This document shows, piece by piece, positions 9,348-19,668 of a stretch of 64,000 nt of DNA (positions within the stretch are counted from its first letter, which is position 1; the number at the start of each line of letters is the position of its first letter). Origin of the DNA: an uncultured Bacteroides sp. (GTDB lineage: Bacteria > Bacteroidota > Bacteroidia > Bacteroidales > Bacteroidaceae); assembly GCA_947173895.1 (NCBI GenBank), contig CAMWGU010000005.1, forward strand, positions 3,579 through 67,578, in the 5' to 3' direction. The notes under the pieces are model-generated. The model was not told the DNA's origin and did no database searches. It worked only from the letters and a program-made list of their open reading frames with translations. The position numbers and the translations under genes were made by a program.

Positions 9348-10802
9348 ATGAAACTGGAAGAGATTATTAAACACATAACGATTAATGAAATCATAGGTGA
9401 TGCCACCCAAGAGATTTCGGGAATAAACATGGACTCACGCCTGGTGGATTCCGGACATCTTTTCGTTGCTGTAAAAGGAACGCAAACGGATGGACATGCT
9501 TATATTTCGAAAGCAATCGAAAAAGGAGCTTTTGCGGTAGTATGCGAAACCTATCCTGAGACATTGAACGAACATGTCACCTATATAAAAGTTAATGACA
9601 CGGAAGATGTTGTCGGGAAACTGGCTACCACTTTTTATGGCAACCCTACCTCCAAAATGAAACTGGTAGGAGTTACAGGTACCAATGGGAAAACCACCAT
9701 TGCCACCTTATTATATAATATGTTCCGTCAATTCGGTTATAAAACAGGGCTTATCTCTACCGTATGCAACTATATAGATGGAGAAGCCATCCCGACCGAC
9801 CACACAACGCCCGACCCCATCACATTGAACAAGTTATTGGGACGCATGGCAGACGAAGGATGTAAATATGCCTTTATGGAGGTAAGTTCACACTCTATTG
9901 CACAGAAACGAATCGGCGGTTTAACATTTGCAGGCGGTATCTTCACCAATCTTACTCGTGATCATTTGGATTATCATAAAACCGTGGAGAATTACCTAAA
10001 AGCCAAAAAAGCATTCTTCGATGGACTGCCTAAAGATGCTTTCGCCTTGACCAATCTAGATGATAAAAATGGTTTGGTCATGACCCAAAACACACGAGCC
10101 AAAGTGCATACCTATTCACTACGATCCCTAAGTGACTTCAAAGGCAAAGTGCTGGAAGATGGATTCGAAGGAATGTTGCTCGACATAAACACTGTAGAAG
10201 TCAACGTGCAATTCATCGGACGTTTTAATGCTTCCAATTTACTGGCCGTTTATGGAACAGCCTGTTTATTGGGCAAAAAACCGGAAAACGTATTGCTGGC
10301 TTTAAGTACACTTCGTCCTGTTGCCGGACGTTTTGACTCACTCCGCTCATCCAAAGGCTATACTGCTATTGTAGACTATGCACACACTCCCGATGCTTTG
10401 GAAAATGTGCTAAATGCCATTCACGAAGTTCTGAATGGCAAAGGCAATGTGATTACAGTTGTAGGAGCCGGTGGAAACCGAGATAAAGGGAAACGCCCGC
10501 TGATGGCACAAGAAGCGGCCAAACAAAGTAACAAAGTAATCATCACCTCTGACAATCCTCGTTACGAAGAGCCGGAAGACATTATCCGCGACATGCTGGT
10601 CGGCCTAGACAAAGAGGATATGCGCAAAGTGATAAGCATTACTGACCGCAAGGAAGCCATTCGAACAGCCTGCATGCTGGCCGGCTCTAAAGATGTCATT
10701 CTGATTGCCGGAAAAGGACATGAAAATTATCAGGAGATCAAAGGTATAAAACATCATTTTGATGACAAAGAAGTATTAAGAGATATTTTTGCTAATGAAT
10801 AA
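9348..10802 (+). CDS. murE: UDP-MurNAc-L-Ala-D-Glu--meso-DAP ligase
   Basis: [29 protein letters not shown] (DAP-type motif), GKGHE. Confidence 0.96.
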   Translation: MKLEEIIKHITINEIIGDATQEISGINMDSRLVDSGHLFVAVKGTQTDGHAYISKAIEKGAFAVVCETYPETLNEHVTYIKVNDTEDVVGKLATTFYGNPTSKMKLVGVTGTNGKTTIATLLYNMFRQFGYKTGLISTVCNYIDGEAIPTDHTTPDPITLNKLLGRMADEGCKYAFMEVSSHSIAQKRIGGLTFAGGIFTNLTRDHLDYHKTVENYLKAKKAFFDGLPKDAFALTNLDDKNGLVMTQNTRAKVHTYSLRSLSDFKGKVLEDGFEGMLLDINTVEVNVQFIGRFNASNLLAVYGTACLLGKKPENVLLALSTLRPVAGRFDSLRSSKGYTAIVDYAHTPDALENVLNAIHEVLNGKGNVITVVGAGGNRDKGKRPLMAQEAAKQSNKVIITSDNPRYEEPEDIIRDMLVGLDKEDMRKVISITDRKEAIRTACMLAGSKDVILIAGKGHENYQEIKGIKHHFDDKEVLRDIFANE

Positions 10803-10813
10803 ACCAACTAGAG

Positions 10814-12082
10814 ATGTTATATTATTTATTCCAATATTTAGAAAAGTTTAATTTCCCCGGAGCCGGAATGTTCAGCTATGTTTCATTCCGTTCGCTAATG
10901 GCAATTATTTTGTCCTTGCTGATCTCAGCTATTTTTGGAGAATACTTCATCAATCTACTTAAACGCAAGCAGATTACTGAGACCCAGCGCGATGCATCCA
11001 TCGACCCTTTCAATGTGAAGAAAGTAGGTGTGCCGACCATGGGAGGAATAATCATTATCGTAGCGATTCTCATTCCTTGCCTGTTGTTGGGTAAACTACA
11101 TAACATTTATATGATATTAATGCTGATCACTACCATTTGGTTAGGCACATTAGGCTTTTTGGATGATTACATCAAAGTTTTTCGCAAAGACAAAGAAGGT
11201 TTGCACGGCAAGTTCAAGATTATCGGCCAAGTGGGTTTGGGACTCATCGTGGGACTTACTTTGTATTTAAGTCCCAATGTAGTGATCCGCGAGAACGTGG
11301 AAATACAAAAAGGAGGCGAAATAGTAGAAGTGGTTCATAAAGAACAGGATCAAAAGTCCACCAAAACCACTATCCCTTTCTTTAAGAATAACAACCTGGA
11401 TTATGCAGACTTTGTCGGTTTCTTAGGAGATCATGCACAGGCCGTAGGCTGGATTATTTTTGTATTGGTTACCATTTTTGTAGTCACCGCTGTTTCCAAC
11501 GGAGCTAACCTAAATGATGGAATGGACGGAATGGCGGCTGGTAATTCCGCCATTATCGGCCTCACACTAGGCATACTGGCATACGTATCCAGCCACATAG
11601 AGTATGCAGGGTATCTTAACATTATGTATATTCCCGGCAGTGAAGAGCTGGTGATCTTTATTTGCGCTTTTATCGGTGCCCTGATTGGGTTTCTTTGGTA
11701 TAATGCATTTCCTGCCCAAGTATTTATGGGCGATACCGGTAGTCTGACCATCGGTGGCATCATAGCGGTATTCGCTATTATAATTCATAAAGAATTGCTG
11801 ATTCCCATCCTTTGTGGTATATTTCTAATAGAAAACCTTTCGGTCATTCTACAGGTACGATATTTCAAAAGCGGAAAAAAGAAAGGCCATCTGCAACGTG
11901 TATTCAAACGCGCGCCCATTCACGACCACTTTCGTACTACGCTTGCACAATTAGATCCTAATTGCAGTTATCTATTGATGAAACCTAACAGCGTTTTCCA
12001 TGAATCAAAAATCACAGTACGCTTTTGGATTGTCACCATCGTACTGGCTGCAATTACAATTATTACGTTAAAGATAAGATAA
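10814..12082 (+). CDS. mraY: Phospho-MurNAc-pentapeptide transferase
   Basis: PTMGG, DDYIK, NGANLNDGMDG, VFMGDTGSL, APIHDHF; multi-pass membrane protein. Confidence 0.96.
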   Translation: MLYYLFQYLEKFNFPGAGMFSYVSFRSLMAIILSLLISAIFGEYFINLLKRKQITETQRDASIDPFNVKKVGVPTMGGIIIIVAILIPCLLLGKLHNIYMILMLITTIWLGTLGFLDDYIKVFRKDKEGLHGKFKIIGQVGLGLIVGLTLYLSPNVVIRENVEIQKGGEIVEVVHKEQDQKSTKTTIPFFKNNNLDYADFVGFLGDHAQAVGWIIFVLVTIFVVTAVSNGANLNDGMDGMAAGNSAIIGLTLGILAYVSSHIEYAGYLNIMYIPGSEELVIFICAFIGALIGFLWYNAFPAQVFMGDTGSLTIGGIIAVFAIIIHKELLIPILCGIFLIENLSVILQVRYFKSGKKKGHLQRVFKRAPIHDHFRTTLAQLDPNCSYLLMKPNSVFHESKITVRFWIVTIVLAAITIITLKIR

Positions 12083-12089
12083 AAGAATT

Positions 12090-13424
12090 ATGGCTAAAAG
12101 AATTGTCATACTAGGAGCTGGAGAAAGCGGTGCGGGAGCAGCCGTTCTGGCCAAGAAACAAGGTTTCGACACATTTGTTTCAGATATGTCCATGATCAAG
12201 GACTCATATAAAAACATGCTGAATGAAAGGGGCATCAAATGGGAAGAAGGCAAACATACCGAATCACTCATCTTGAATGCAAACGAGGTGATCAAAAGCC
12301 CCGGAATACCCAATGACGCACCGATAATTGTAAAACTGAAGAAACAGGGCATTCCTGTAATTTCCGAAATAGAGTTTGCCGGACGTTATACCAATGCCAA
12401 AATGATCTGTATCACAGGAAGCAATGGCAAAACCACCACAACCTCATTAATTTATCATATATTCAAAAAGGCAGGAATGAATGTAGGTTTAGCCGGAAAC
12501 ATCGGACGGAGTTTGGCGTTTCAGGTAGCAGAATACAATTACGATTATTACGTAATCGAACTCAGCAGTTTCCAACTGGATAACATGTATAAATTCCATG
12601 CCAACATTGCCGTATTAATGAACATCACTCCTGATCATTTGGATCGCTATGACCACCAGATGCAGAACTATGTGGATGCAAAGTTTCGGATCATACAGAA
12701 TCAGACTCCAGACGATGCCTTCATTTTCTGGAACGATGACCCTATCATCCAGCGTGAGCTACATAAATATGGCATTCACGGTCATTATTATCCATTTTCC
12801 GAAAGAAAAAAAGAAGGAACTTCTGCCTACGTAGAACAAGATAAAGTATATTTCACCGAGCCAATTGCTTTCAATATGGAGCAAGAAGAACTAGCACTTA
12901 CTGGCACACACAATCTGTTCAATTCAATGGCGGCAGGTATTTCCGCCAATTTAGCAGGCATTCATAAAGAATGTATTCGCGAGGCACTGGGCGATTTCAA
13001 AGGAGTAGAACACCGGCTGGAGAAAGTCTGTCGTGTAAAAGGCGTAGATTACATCAATGACTCCAAAGCAACCAACGTAAACTCTTGCTGGTATGCCTTG
13101 CAAAGCATGAAAACAAAAACCATCCTGATATTGGGCGGAAAAGATAAAGGTAACGATTATAACGAAATAGCCGACCTAGTAAAAGAAAAATGCGTAGGCC
13201 TGATTTATCTAGGTCTACACAACGAGAAACTACATGAGTTCTTTGATCATTTTGGACTTCCGGTAGCTGATGTACAAAGCATGAAAGATGCTGTTGATGC
13301 TGCTTACCACATGGCTCAAAAAGGCGAAACCGTATTGTTGAGTCCTTGCTGTGCCAGCTTTGACCTTTTCAAAAGCTACGAAGAACGTGGCGAACAGTTC
13401 AAAGAATGTGTAAGAAATCTGTAG
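12090..13424 (+). CDS. murD: UDP-MurNAc-L-Ala--D-Glu ligase
   Basis: GAGESG, SPGIP, ITGSNGKTTT, ELSSFQL, NDSKATN, SPCCASFD. Confidence 0.96.
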   Translation: MAKRIVILGAGESGAGAAVLAKKQGFDTFVSDMSMIKDSYKNMLNERGIKWEEGKHTESLILNANEVIKSPGIPNDAPIIVKLKKQGIPVISEIEFAGRYTNAKMICITGSNGKTTTTSLIYHIFKKAGMNVGLAGNIGRSLAFQVAEYNYDYYVIELSSFQLDNMYKFHANIAVLMNITPDHLDRYDHQMQNYVDAKFRIIQNQTPDDAFIFWNDDPIIQRELHKYGIHGHYYPFSERKKEGTSAYVEQDKVYFTEPIAFNMEQEELALTGTHNLFNSMAAGISANLAGIHKECIREALGDFKGVEHRLEKVCRVKGVDYINDSKATNVNSCWYALQSMKTKTILILGGKDKGNDYNEIADLVKEKCVGLIYLGLHNEKLHEFFDHFGLPVADVQSMKDAVDAAYHMAQKGETVLLSPCCASFDLFKSYEERGEQFKECVRNL

Positions 13425-13445
13425 TAATTAAGATATATAGAGAAC

Positions 13446-14831
13446 ATGGATCTGATAAAAGACTTATTCAAGGGCGACAAAGTAATCTGGATTATTTTCT
13501 TGTTTCTTTGTCTGATCTCCATCATCGAGGTATTTAGTGCAGCCAGCACTCTTACCTATAAAAGCGGAGACCATTGGGGACCTATCACCCAACACAGCGT
13601 CATTCTGATGGTGGGTGCCTGGATTGTAGTACTGGTACACAATATCCCCTATAAATTTTTCCGTGTACTCCCCATTTTCCTGTTGCCCATATCAGCTGCA
13701 TTACTGATTTTTGTAATGGGCATGGGATTGATTACCGGAGACCGTGTCAATGGCGCAGCCCGTTGGATGACCTTTTTCGGCATCCAGTTTCAGCCTTCCG
13801 AACTGGCAAAGATGGCTGTGATCATTGCCACTGCCTTCATTCTCTCCATATTTCAAGAAGAAGACAATACTAATCCGAAAGCTTTTAAATGGATCATGTG
13901 GATTGTTGTACCTGTGTTCATCCTGATTGCTCCCGAAAACGGTTCTACTGCCGCATTACTGTTCGGTGTGGTCTTCCTAATGATGATTATCGGAAGGGTT
14001 CCCTGGAAACAACTGGCCAAACTGATGGGAATTGTGGGAGTAATACTGGCATTTTTTGTCAGCACGGTGATGGCAATTCCCACACAAAAGCTGAACAAAG
14101 TTCCCATGATGCATCGTGTGGAAACCTGGCAGAATCGTATCAAAGGATTTTTCGAGGACAAAGAAGCTGTGCCCGCTGCCAAATACGATATAGACAAAGA
14201 CGCCCAGATAGCACATGCCAACATAGCTATCGCCTCCAGCAACATTATAGGAAAAATGCCGGGCAACAGCGTACAACGTGATTTTCTGTCGCAGGCATTT
14301 TCCGATTTCATTTTTGCCATTGTCATCGAAGAACTGGGACTATTAGGAGGAGCTTTTGTCGTTATACTTTATATCTGGTTGTTGATGAGAGCTGGTAAAA
14401 TAGCCCGGAGATGCGAAAAAACCTTCCCTGCCTTCCTGGTGATGGGCATCGCCTTACTGCTAGTATCACAGGCGATGCTCAACATGATGGTAGCTGTAGG
14501 CTTGTTTCCCGTAACAGGACAGCCCTTGCCATTGATCAGCAAAGGAGGAACATCAACGCTTATCAATTGTGCCTACATAGGCATGATACTAAGCGTCAGC
14601 CGCTATGTGACCGAAAAAGAAGAACAAAAGGTGGCCGAACAAAAAGCATTGGAAGCAGCCGAACTGGCAGCTAAAGCCGAAAAACACCAAGAAATGGTGG
14701 CCGCCATGCAAGAAGCACTAGCTCAGTTACCGACCGAAACTGTGTACACAACAGCAAAAGAAAAAGCTGAAACAGAAGATATGACAGAGGAAAAAGACAG
14801 GGAAGAAAAGACAGAAAAAGAAGAAATATAA
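13446..14831 (+). CDS. ftsW: SEDS peptidoglycan polymerase FtsW
   Basis: QPSELAK, SDFIFAIVIEELG, PVTGQPLPLISKGGTS; charged C-terminal tail. Confidence 0.95.
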   Translation: MDLIKDLFKGDKVIWIIFLFLCLISIIEVFSAASTLTYKSGDHWGPITQHSVILMVGAWIVVLVHNIPYKFFRVLPIFLLPISAALLIFVMGMGLITGDRVNGAARWMTFFGIQFQPSELAKMAVIIATAFILSIFQEEDNTNPKAFKWIMWIVVPVFILIAPENGSTAALLFGVVFLMMIIGRVPWKQLAKLMGIVGVILAFFVSTVMAIPTQKLNKVPMMHRVETWQNRIKGFFEDKEAVPAAKYDIDKDAQIAHANIAIASSNIIGKMPGNSVQRDFLSQAFSDFIFAIVIEELGLLGGAFVVILYIWLLMRAGKIARRCEKTFPAFLVMGIALLLVSQAMLNMMVAVGLFPVTGQPLPLISKGGTSTLINCAYIGMILSVSRYVTEKEEQKVAEQKALEAAELAAKAEKHQEMVAAMQEALAQLPTETVYTTAKEKAETEDMTEEKDREEKTEKEEI

Positions 14832-14895
14832 TATAAATCATTCATCTTAAAAGTATTATTTATACTTTTGTGAATAATTCGATCAAAAAGAAGTA

Positions 14896-16026
14896 ATGAA
14901 AGAAAAATTGAGAGTTATCATCAGTGGAGGAGGAACCGGTGGACATATATTCCCCGCAATTTCCATTGCCAATGCCATCAAAGAACAGTATCCCGATGCA
15001 GAGATCCTGTTCGTCGGTGCCGAAGGTAGAATGGAAATGCAGCGTGTTCCTGCTGCTGGATACCCAATAAAAGGATTACCTATCACCGGATTCAATCGCA
15101 AGAACCTGTTGAAAAATGTGCTTGTCCTTTATAAATTAGCCAAGAGTCAGATATTGGCACGCAGAATTATCAAAGAATTCAAGCCGCATGTGGCAGTAGG
15201 CGTAGGCGGATATGCCAGCGGACCTACCCTAAAAGTAGCAGGAATAATGGGAATCCCGACACTGATACAGGAACAAAACTCGTATGCCGGGGTCACTAAC
15301 AAGCTACTGGCCCAAAAAGCCTGTAAAATATGTGTAGCATATGATGGGATGGAAAAGTTCTTTAACAAGGATAAAATCATCCTGACCGGAAACCCGGTAC
15401 GCCAAGATTTGCTTACCCCCAACATCAGTCGGGAAGATGCTATCCGTTCTTTCGGGCTGAACCCCGCCAAGAAAACCATTCTGATTATAGGAGGAAGTCT
15501 TGGAGCACGAACCATTAACAACTGCGTGATGGAAGGATTGGAGAAGATCAAAATGTCTGATGTTCAATTCATCTGGCAGACAGGGAAAACATATATCAAT
15601 GAAGCACGGAAAACAGTAGCCCGAAACGGTGGACTATCCATGCTTTACGTGACTGACTTTATCAGCAACATGGCAGCAGCATATAGTGCTTCCGATCTGG
15701 TTATCAGCCGGGCCGGTGCAGGATCAATTTCCGAATTCTGCTTGTTGCAAAAACCTGTCATTCTAGTGCCATCGCCTAATGTAGCCGAAGACCATCAAAC
15801 CAAAAACGCCTTGGCACTGGTCAACAAGAACGCTGCCATCTACATCAAAGATGATGCAGCTTCGGAAGCTTTGCTGGACAAAGCCATCGAAACAGTGAAC
15901 CAACCCGAGATACTAAAAAACTTAAGTACAAACATTGCCAAATTAGCCTTTACCGACTCAGCCAACATCATTGCACGGGAGGTATGCAAGCTAGCTGACA
16001 AATACAGACAAAAGAATGGACGTTAA
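14896..16026 (+). CDS. murG: Undecaprenyl-PP-MurNAc-pentapeptide GlcNAc transferase
   Basis: GGGTGGHIFP, GGYAS, EQNSYAG, GNPVR, GGSLGA, SRAGA, HQTKNA. Confidence 0.97.
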   Translation: MKEKLRVIISGGGTGGHIFPAISIANAIKEQYPDAEILFVGAEGRMEMQRVPAAGYPIKGLPITGFNRKNLLKNVLVLYKLAKSQILARRIIKEFKPHVAVGVGGYASGPTLKVAGIMGIPTLIQEQNSYAGVTNKLLAQKACKICVAYDGMEKFFNKDKIILTGNPVRQDLLTPNISREDAIRSFGLNPAKKTILIIGGSLGARTINNCVMEGLEKIKMSDVQFIWQTGKTYINEARKTVARNGGLSMLYVTDFISNMAAAYSASDLVISRAGAGSISEFCLLQKPVILVPSPNVAEDHQTKNALALVNKNAAIYIKDDAASEALLDKAIETVNQPEILKNLSTNIAKLAFTDSANIIAREVCKLADKYRQKNGR

Positions 16027-17392
16027 TACATTGAAATCAGTTTACTTTATCGGTGCCGGAGGTATCGGTATGAGCGCGTTAGTACGCTACTTCTTGTCAA
16101 TAGGCAAGAAAGTAGGGGGGTATGACCGAACTCCCAGCGAACTGACAGAAAAACTGGTTAAAGAAGGGGCAGCCATCCATTACGAAGAGAACACTGCGCT
16201 GATTACAGAGGATTTCCGCAATCCGGAAACTACCTTGGTGGTTTACACTCCGGCCGTTCCTGATACACACAAAGAATTTGTTTTCTTCTGCGAGAACGGT
16301 TTCGAAATCCATAAACGTTCTCAAGTACTGGGCATGCTTACTCGTACGGGAAAAGGACTTTGCGTGGCAGGCACCCATGGAAAGACAACCACCTCAACCA
16401 TGACAGCCCATCTTTTACACCAGTCACATGTAGGTTGTAATGCATTTTTAGGCGGCATATCCAAAAACTACGAAACCAATTTGCTGCTGTCCAAGCATAG
16501 CGACTACATTGTAATCGAATCAGACGAATTCGATCGGTCATTCCATTGGCTCTCGCCATACATCTCCGTGATTACAGCAACAGACCCCGATCATTTGGAC
16601 ATTTATGGCACAAAAGAAGCCTATTTGGAAAGTTTCCGCCATTATACTTCCCTCATCCAACCAGGAGGTGCATTAATTATGCGCAAAGGTATTGAGTTAC
16701 AACCTACTCTGCAAGAGGGTGTCAAATTATATACCTATTCCAAGGAAGAAGGAGACTTCCATGCTGAAAACATCCGCATCGGAAACGGTGAGATATTCTT
16801 CGACTATTTTTCACCGCTAGGCAATATCAAGGACATACAGCTGGGAGTACCTGTCAGCATCAATATAGAGAATGGAATAGCTGCCATAGCTTTGGCACAA
16901 ATGAGCGGCGTGAGCAATGAAGAAATTAAAAAAGGCATGGCAAGTTTCCGTGGAGTAGACCGGCGTTTTGATTTTAAGATCAAGAATGACAAAGTAGTCT
17001 TCCTGAGCGACTACGCACATCATCCTTCTGAAATCAGACAAAGCATATTGTCCATGCGTGCCCTTTATCAGGACAAAAAACTGACGGCTGTATTCCAGCC
17101 GCATCTTTATACCCGTACCCGCGATTTCTACAAAGACTTTGCCGACAGTCTTTCCCTGCTGGATGAAGTAATTCTGGTAGATATCTACCCGGCTCGCGAA
17201 CAACCTATTCCCGGTGTCACCAGCAAACTGATCTACGACCAGCTTCGTCCAGACATCGAGAAGAGCCTGTGTAAAAAAGAAGAAATTCTAGATACACTCA
17301 GCCACAAACATATAGAAGTATTAATCACTCTAGGTGCAGGCGACATAGACAACTATGTTCCCAGTATCTGCGATTTATTGAGTAAAAAATGA
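16016..17392 (+). CDS. murC: UDP-MurNAc--L-alanine ligase
   Basis: IGAGGIGMS, AGTHGKTTT, ESDEFD, DYAHHP, QPHLYTRT. Confidence 0.97.
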   Translation: MDVNTLKSVYFIGAGGIGMSALVRYFLSIGKKVGGYDRTPSELTEKLVKEGAAIHYEENTALITEDFRNPETTLVVYTPAVPDTHKEFVFFCENGFEIHKRSQVLGMLTRTGKGLCVAGTHGKTTTSTMTAHLLHQSHVGCNAFLGGISKNYETNLLLSKHSDYIVIESDEFDRSFHWLSPYISVITATDPDHLDIYGTKEAYLESFRHYTSLIQPGGALIMRKGIELQPTLQEGVKLYTYSKEEGDFHAENIRIGNGEIFFDYFSPLGNIKDIQLGVPVSINIENGIAAIALAQMSGVSNEEIKKGMASFRGVDRRFDFKIKNDKVVFLSDYAHHPSEIRQSILSMRALYQDKKLTAVFQPHLYTRTRDFYKDFADSLSLLDEVILVDIYPAREQPIPGVTSKLIYDQLRPDIEKSLCKKEEILDTLSHKHIEVLITLGAGDIDNYVPSICDLLSKK

Positions 17393-18126
17393 TAAAGAAG
17401 ATTCTCATACTCCTATTTCTGCTGTTGATAACCACCTACCTTGTTGTAGCCGTTACCACGCTTAACAGCAAGCCTGTCAATCAGGTTTGCACGGGTATGG
17501 AATTAATCATCAAAGACAGTATAGACCATGGTTTTATCAACCAAAAAGAAATTATCCGGCTACTCAACAATAAAAAATTGTCTCCGGTAGACAAGAAAAT
17601 AGGCGAAATCAACACTCGCCTGCTGGAAGAAGAAATCGGGAAACATCCCCTGATTGAAAATGTGGAATGCTATCGTACACCCGGATGTAAAATAGGAATC
17701 GAAGTGACCCAGCGGCTTCCCATTTTGAGGGTAATGGCAAACAATGGTGATAATTATTATATCGATCATAAAGGAAAAATCATGCCCATCCCCAACAGTT
17801 CGGCCTATGTAACTGTTATTACAGGGAATGTAGATCGTGATTTTGCCACTAAAGAGCTTTATAAACTGGGAGTCTTTCTACAAGATCATCCTTTGTGGAA
17901 TGCTCAGATAGAGCAAATCAACGTTACTCATGCCAAAGAACTCGAACTAGTTCCACGAGTTGGAGAACATATCATCTTTTTGGGAAAGCCCGGAAATTAT
18001 GAAAAGAAGTTCGAACGGCTGAAAACGTTTTATGAAAAGGGACTGAATAAGGTGGGATGGAACAAATACAGCCGGATCAGTTTGGAGTTTAACAATCAAA
18101 TAATTTGCACAAAAAAAGAGAAGTAA
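17389..18126 (+). CDS. ftsQ: Cell division protein FtsQ
   Basis: N-terminal TM plus POTRA-like segment; between murC and ftsA. Confidence 0.85.
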   Translation: MIKKILILLFLLLITTYLVVAVTTLNSKPVNQVCTGMELIIKDSIDHGFINQKEIIRLLNNKKLSPVDKKIGEINTRLLEEEIGKHPLIENVECYRTPGCKIGIEVTQRLPILRVMANNGDNYYIDHKGKIMPIPNSSAYVTVITGNVDRDFATKELYKLGVFLQDHPLWNAQIEQINVTHAKELELVPRVGEHIIFLGKPGNYEKKFERLKTFYEKGLNKVGWNKYSRISLEFNNQIICTKKEK

Positions 18127-18129
18127 GAT

Positions 18130-19626
18130 ATGGCAGCAACAGATTTTATAGTAGCAATAGAACTGGGATCTTCCAAAATCACAGGTATTGCAGGGAGAAA
18201 ACATGCAGACGGAAGCATACAAGTGCTGGCTCTCGTTAGCGAGAACTCTTCGGATTTTATCCGTAAGGGAGTGATTTACAATCTGGACAAGACCGCACAA
18301 AGCCTTACTTCGATTGTAAAAAAGCTAGAATCGACACTAAAGGCTTCTATCGGGAAAGTCTATATAGGCATCGGAGGGCAGTCTCTTCGTACCATTCGCA
18401 ACACGGAAGTACGCCATCTGGAGGAAGAGACCAAGATCTCACAAAAACTAATCGACTCTATCATGGACAGCAATCGCGAAGTGCCCATCATAGATCAGGA
18501 AATATTGGAAGTGGCTCCCCAAGAATACAAGGTAGGCATCAACCTGCTGGCCGATCCGGTGGGAGTACCCAGCGACCATATAGAAGGACGGTTCCTTAAT
18601 ATCATTGCGCGAAACAGTGTAAAACAAAACATTGACAAGTGCTTCAAACAAGCCGGAATCCAAATAGCCGATTACATTATATCGCCACTGGCACTGGCTG
18701 ATACCACACTAACCAACAGCGAAAAACGCTCGGGATGCATGCTCATCGACTTTGGTGCAGATACAACTACCGTATCTGTTTATAAAAACAATATACTCCG
18801 CCACCTGGCTGTAATTCCATTGGGGGGAAGTAACATCACCAAAGATATCTGCAGCCAGCAAATTGAAGAAGAAGAGGCCGAAGAACTGAAGAAAAAATAC
18901 GGAAGTGCCTACACCAACTGGATGGAAGAAGGAGACGACAAACCCACTTATTCGCTGGAAGGAAAATGTAACATCGGAGCACGCCTGCTGGAAGACATTG
19001 TGGAGGCACGCACCAACGAAATACTGGCCAACGTATGGAATCAGGTTGTCCTGTCAGGATATGAAGAAAAGTTGTTGGCAGGAGCTGTCATCACCGGAGG
19101 AACGGCCAACCTGACCAATATGGAAGAAGCATTCAGCAAACGCACCAAGATAGAAAAAGTAAGAACTGCCAAAGAAAGCCAGCTGAACTTGAAAAGCGGT
19201 ATGGTGGAAATAAAAAAAGACGGAATGCACAACACCATCCTTGCCTTGCTTGCAGCAGGGAAAGAGAATTGTTGCCGCCAGGAACGTCCGGCAAAACCCG
19301 TACAGGTCCCTCTTTTTGATGAAAACTTATTGAAAAAGAAAAAAGAGGAAGAAGCACAAAAAGCAGCGCAAGAAGCACAAAAAGCAGAAGAGGAAAAGAA
19401 GAGGCTGAGAACTACCTGTGAGAACCTGATAACGCGTGCAAAAGAAATGAAAAAAGAAGGAAAATATAAAAACGCGCTGTCACAACTAGCCAAAGCACGT
19501 GAAATGGGAATACCGGAAACATTGAGCCAGATACGCGAAATGGAAAAAGAAATCAAAAGATTGAAAGAAGCAAGCAACCCTTTCGTACGGCTGGGCAACT
19601 TGTTTGGAAAGATCTTAGAAGAATAA
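18130..19626 (+). CDS. ftsA: Cell division protein FtsA with extended helical C-terminus
   Basis: IELGSSKI, IDFGADTT, PLGGSNIT, ITGGTANL; ends in amphipathic NPFVRLGNLFGKILEE. Confidence 0.95.
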   Translation: MAATDFIVAIELGSSKITGIAGRKHADGSIQVLALVSENSSDFIRKGVIYNLDKTAQSLTSIVKKLESTLKASIGKVYIGIGGQSLRTIRNTEVRHLEEETKISQKLIDSIMDSNREVPIIDQEILEVAPQEYKVGINLLADPVGVPSDHIEGRFLNIIARNSVKQNIDKCFKQAGIQIADYIISPLALADTTLTNSEKRSGCMLIDFGADTTTVSVYKNNILRHLAVIPLGGSNITKDICSQQIEEEEAEELKKKYGSAYTNWMEEGDDKPTYSLEGKCNIGARLLEDIVEARTNEILANVWNQVVLSGYEEKLLAGAVITGGTANLTNMEEAFSKRTKIEKVRTAKESQLNLKSGMVEIKKDGMHNTILALLAAGKENCCRQERPAKPVQVPLFDENLLKKKKEEEAQKAAQEAQKAEEEKKRLRTTCENLITRAKEMKKEGKYKNALSQLAKAREMGIPETLSQIREMEKEIKRLKEASNPFVRLGNLFGKILEE

Positions 19627-19668
19627 GAAACGAAAAAAATACATCACCTTAATATAATATAGAAGATT

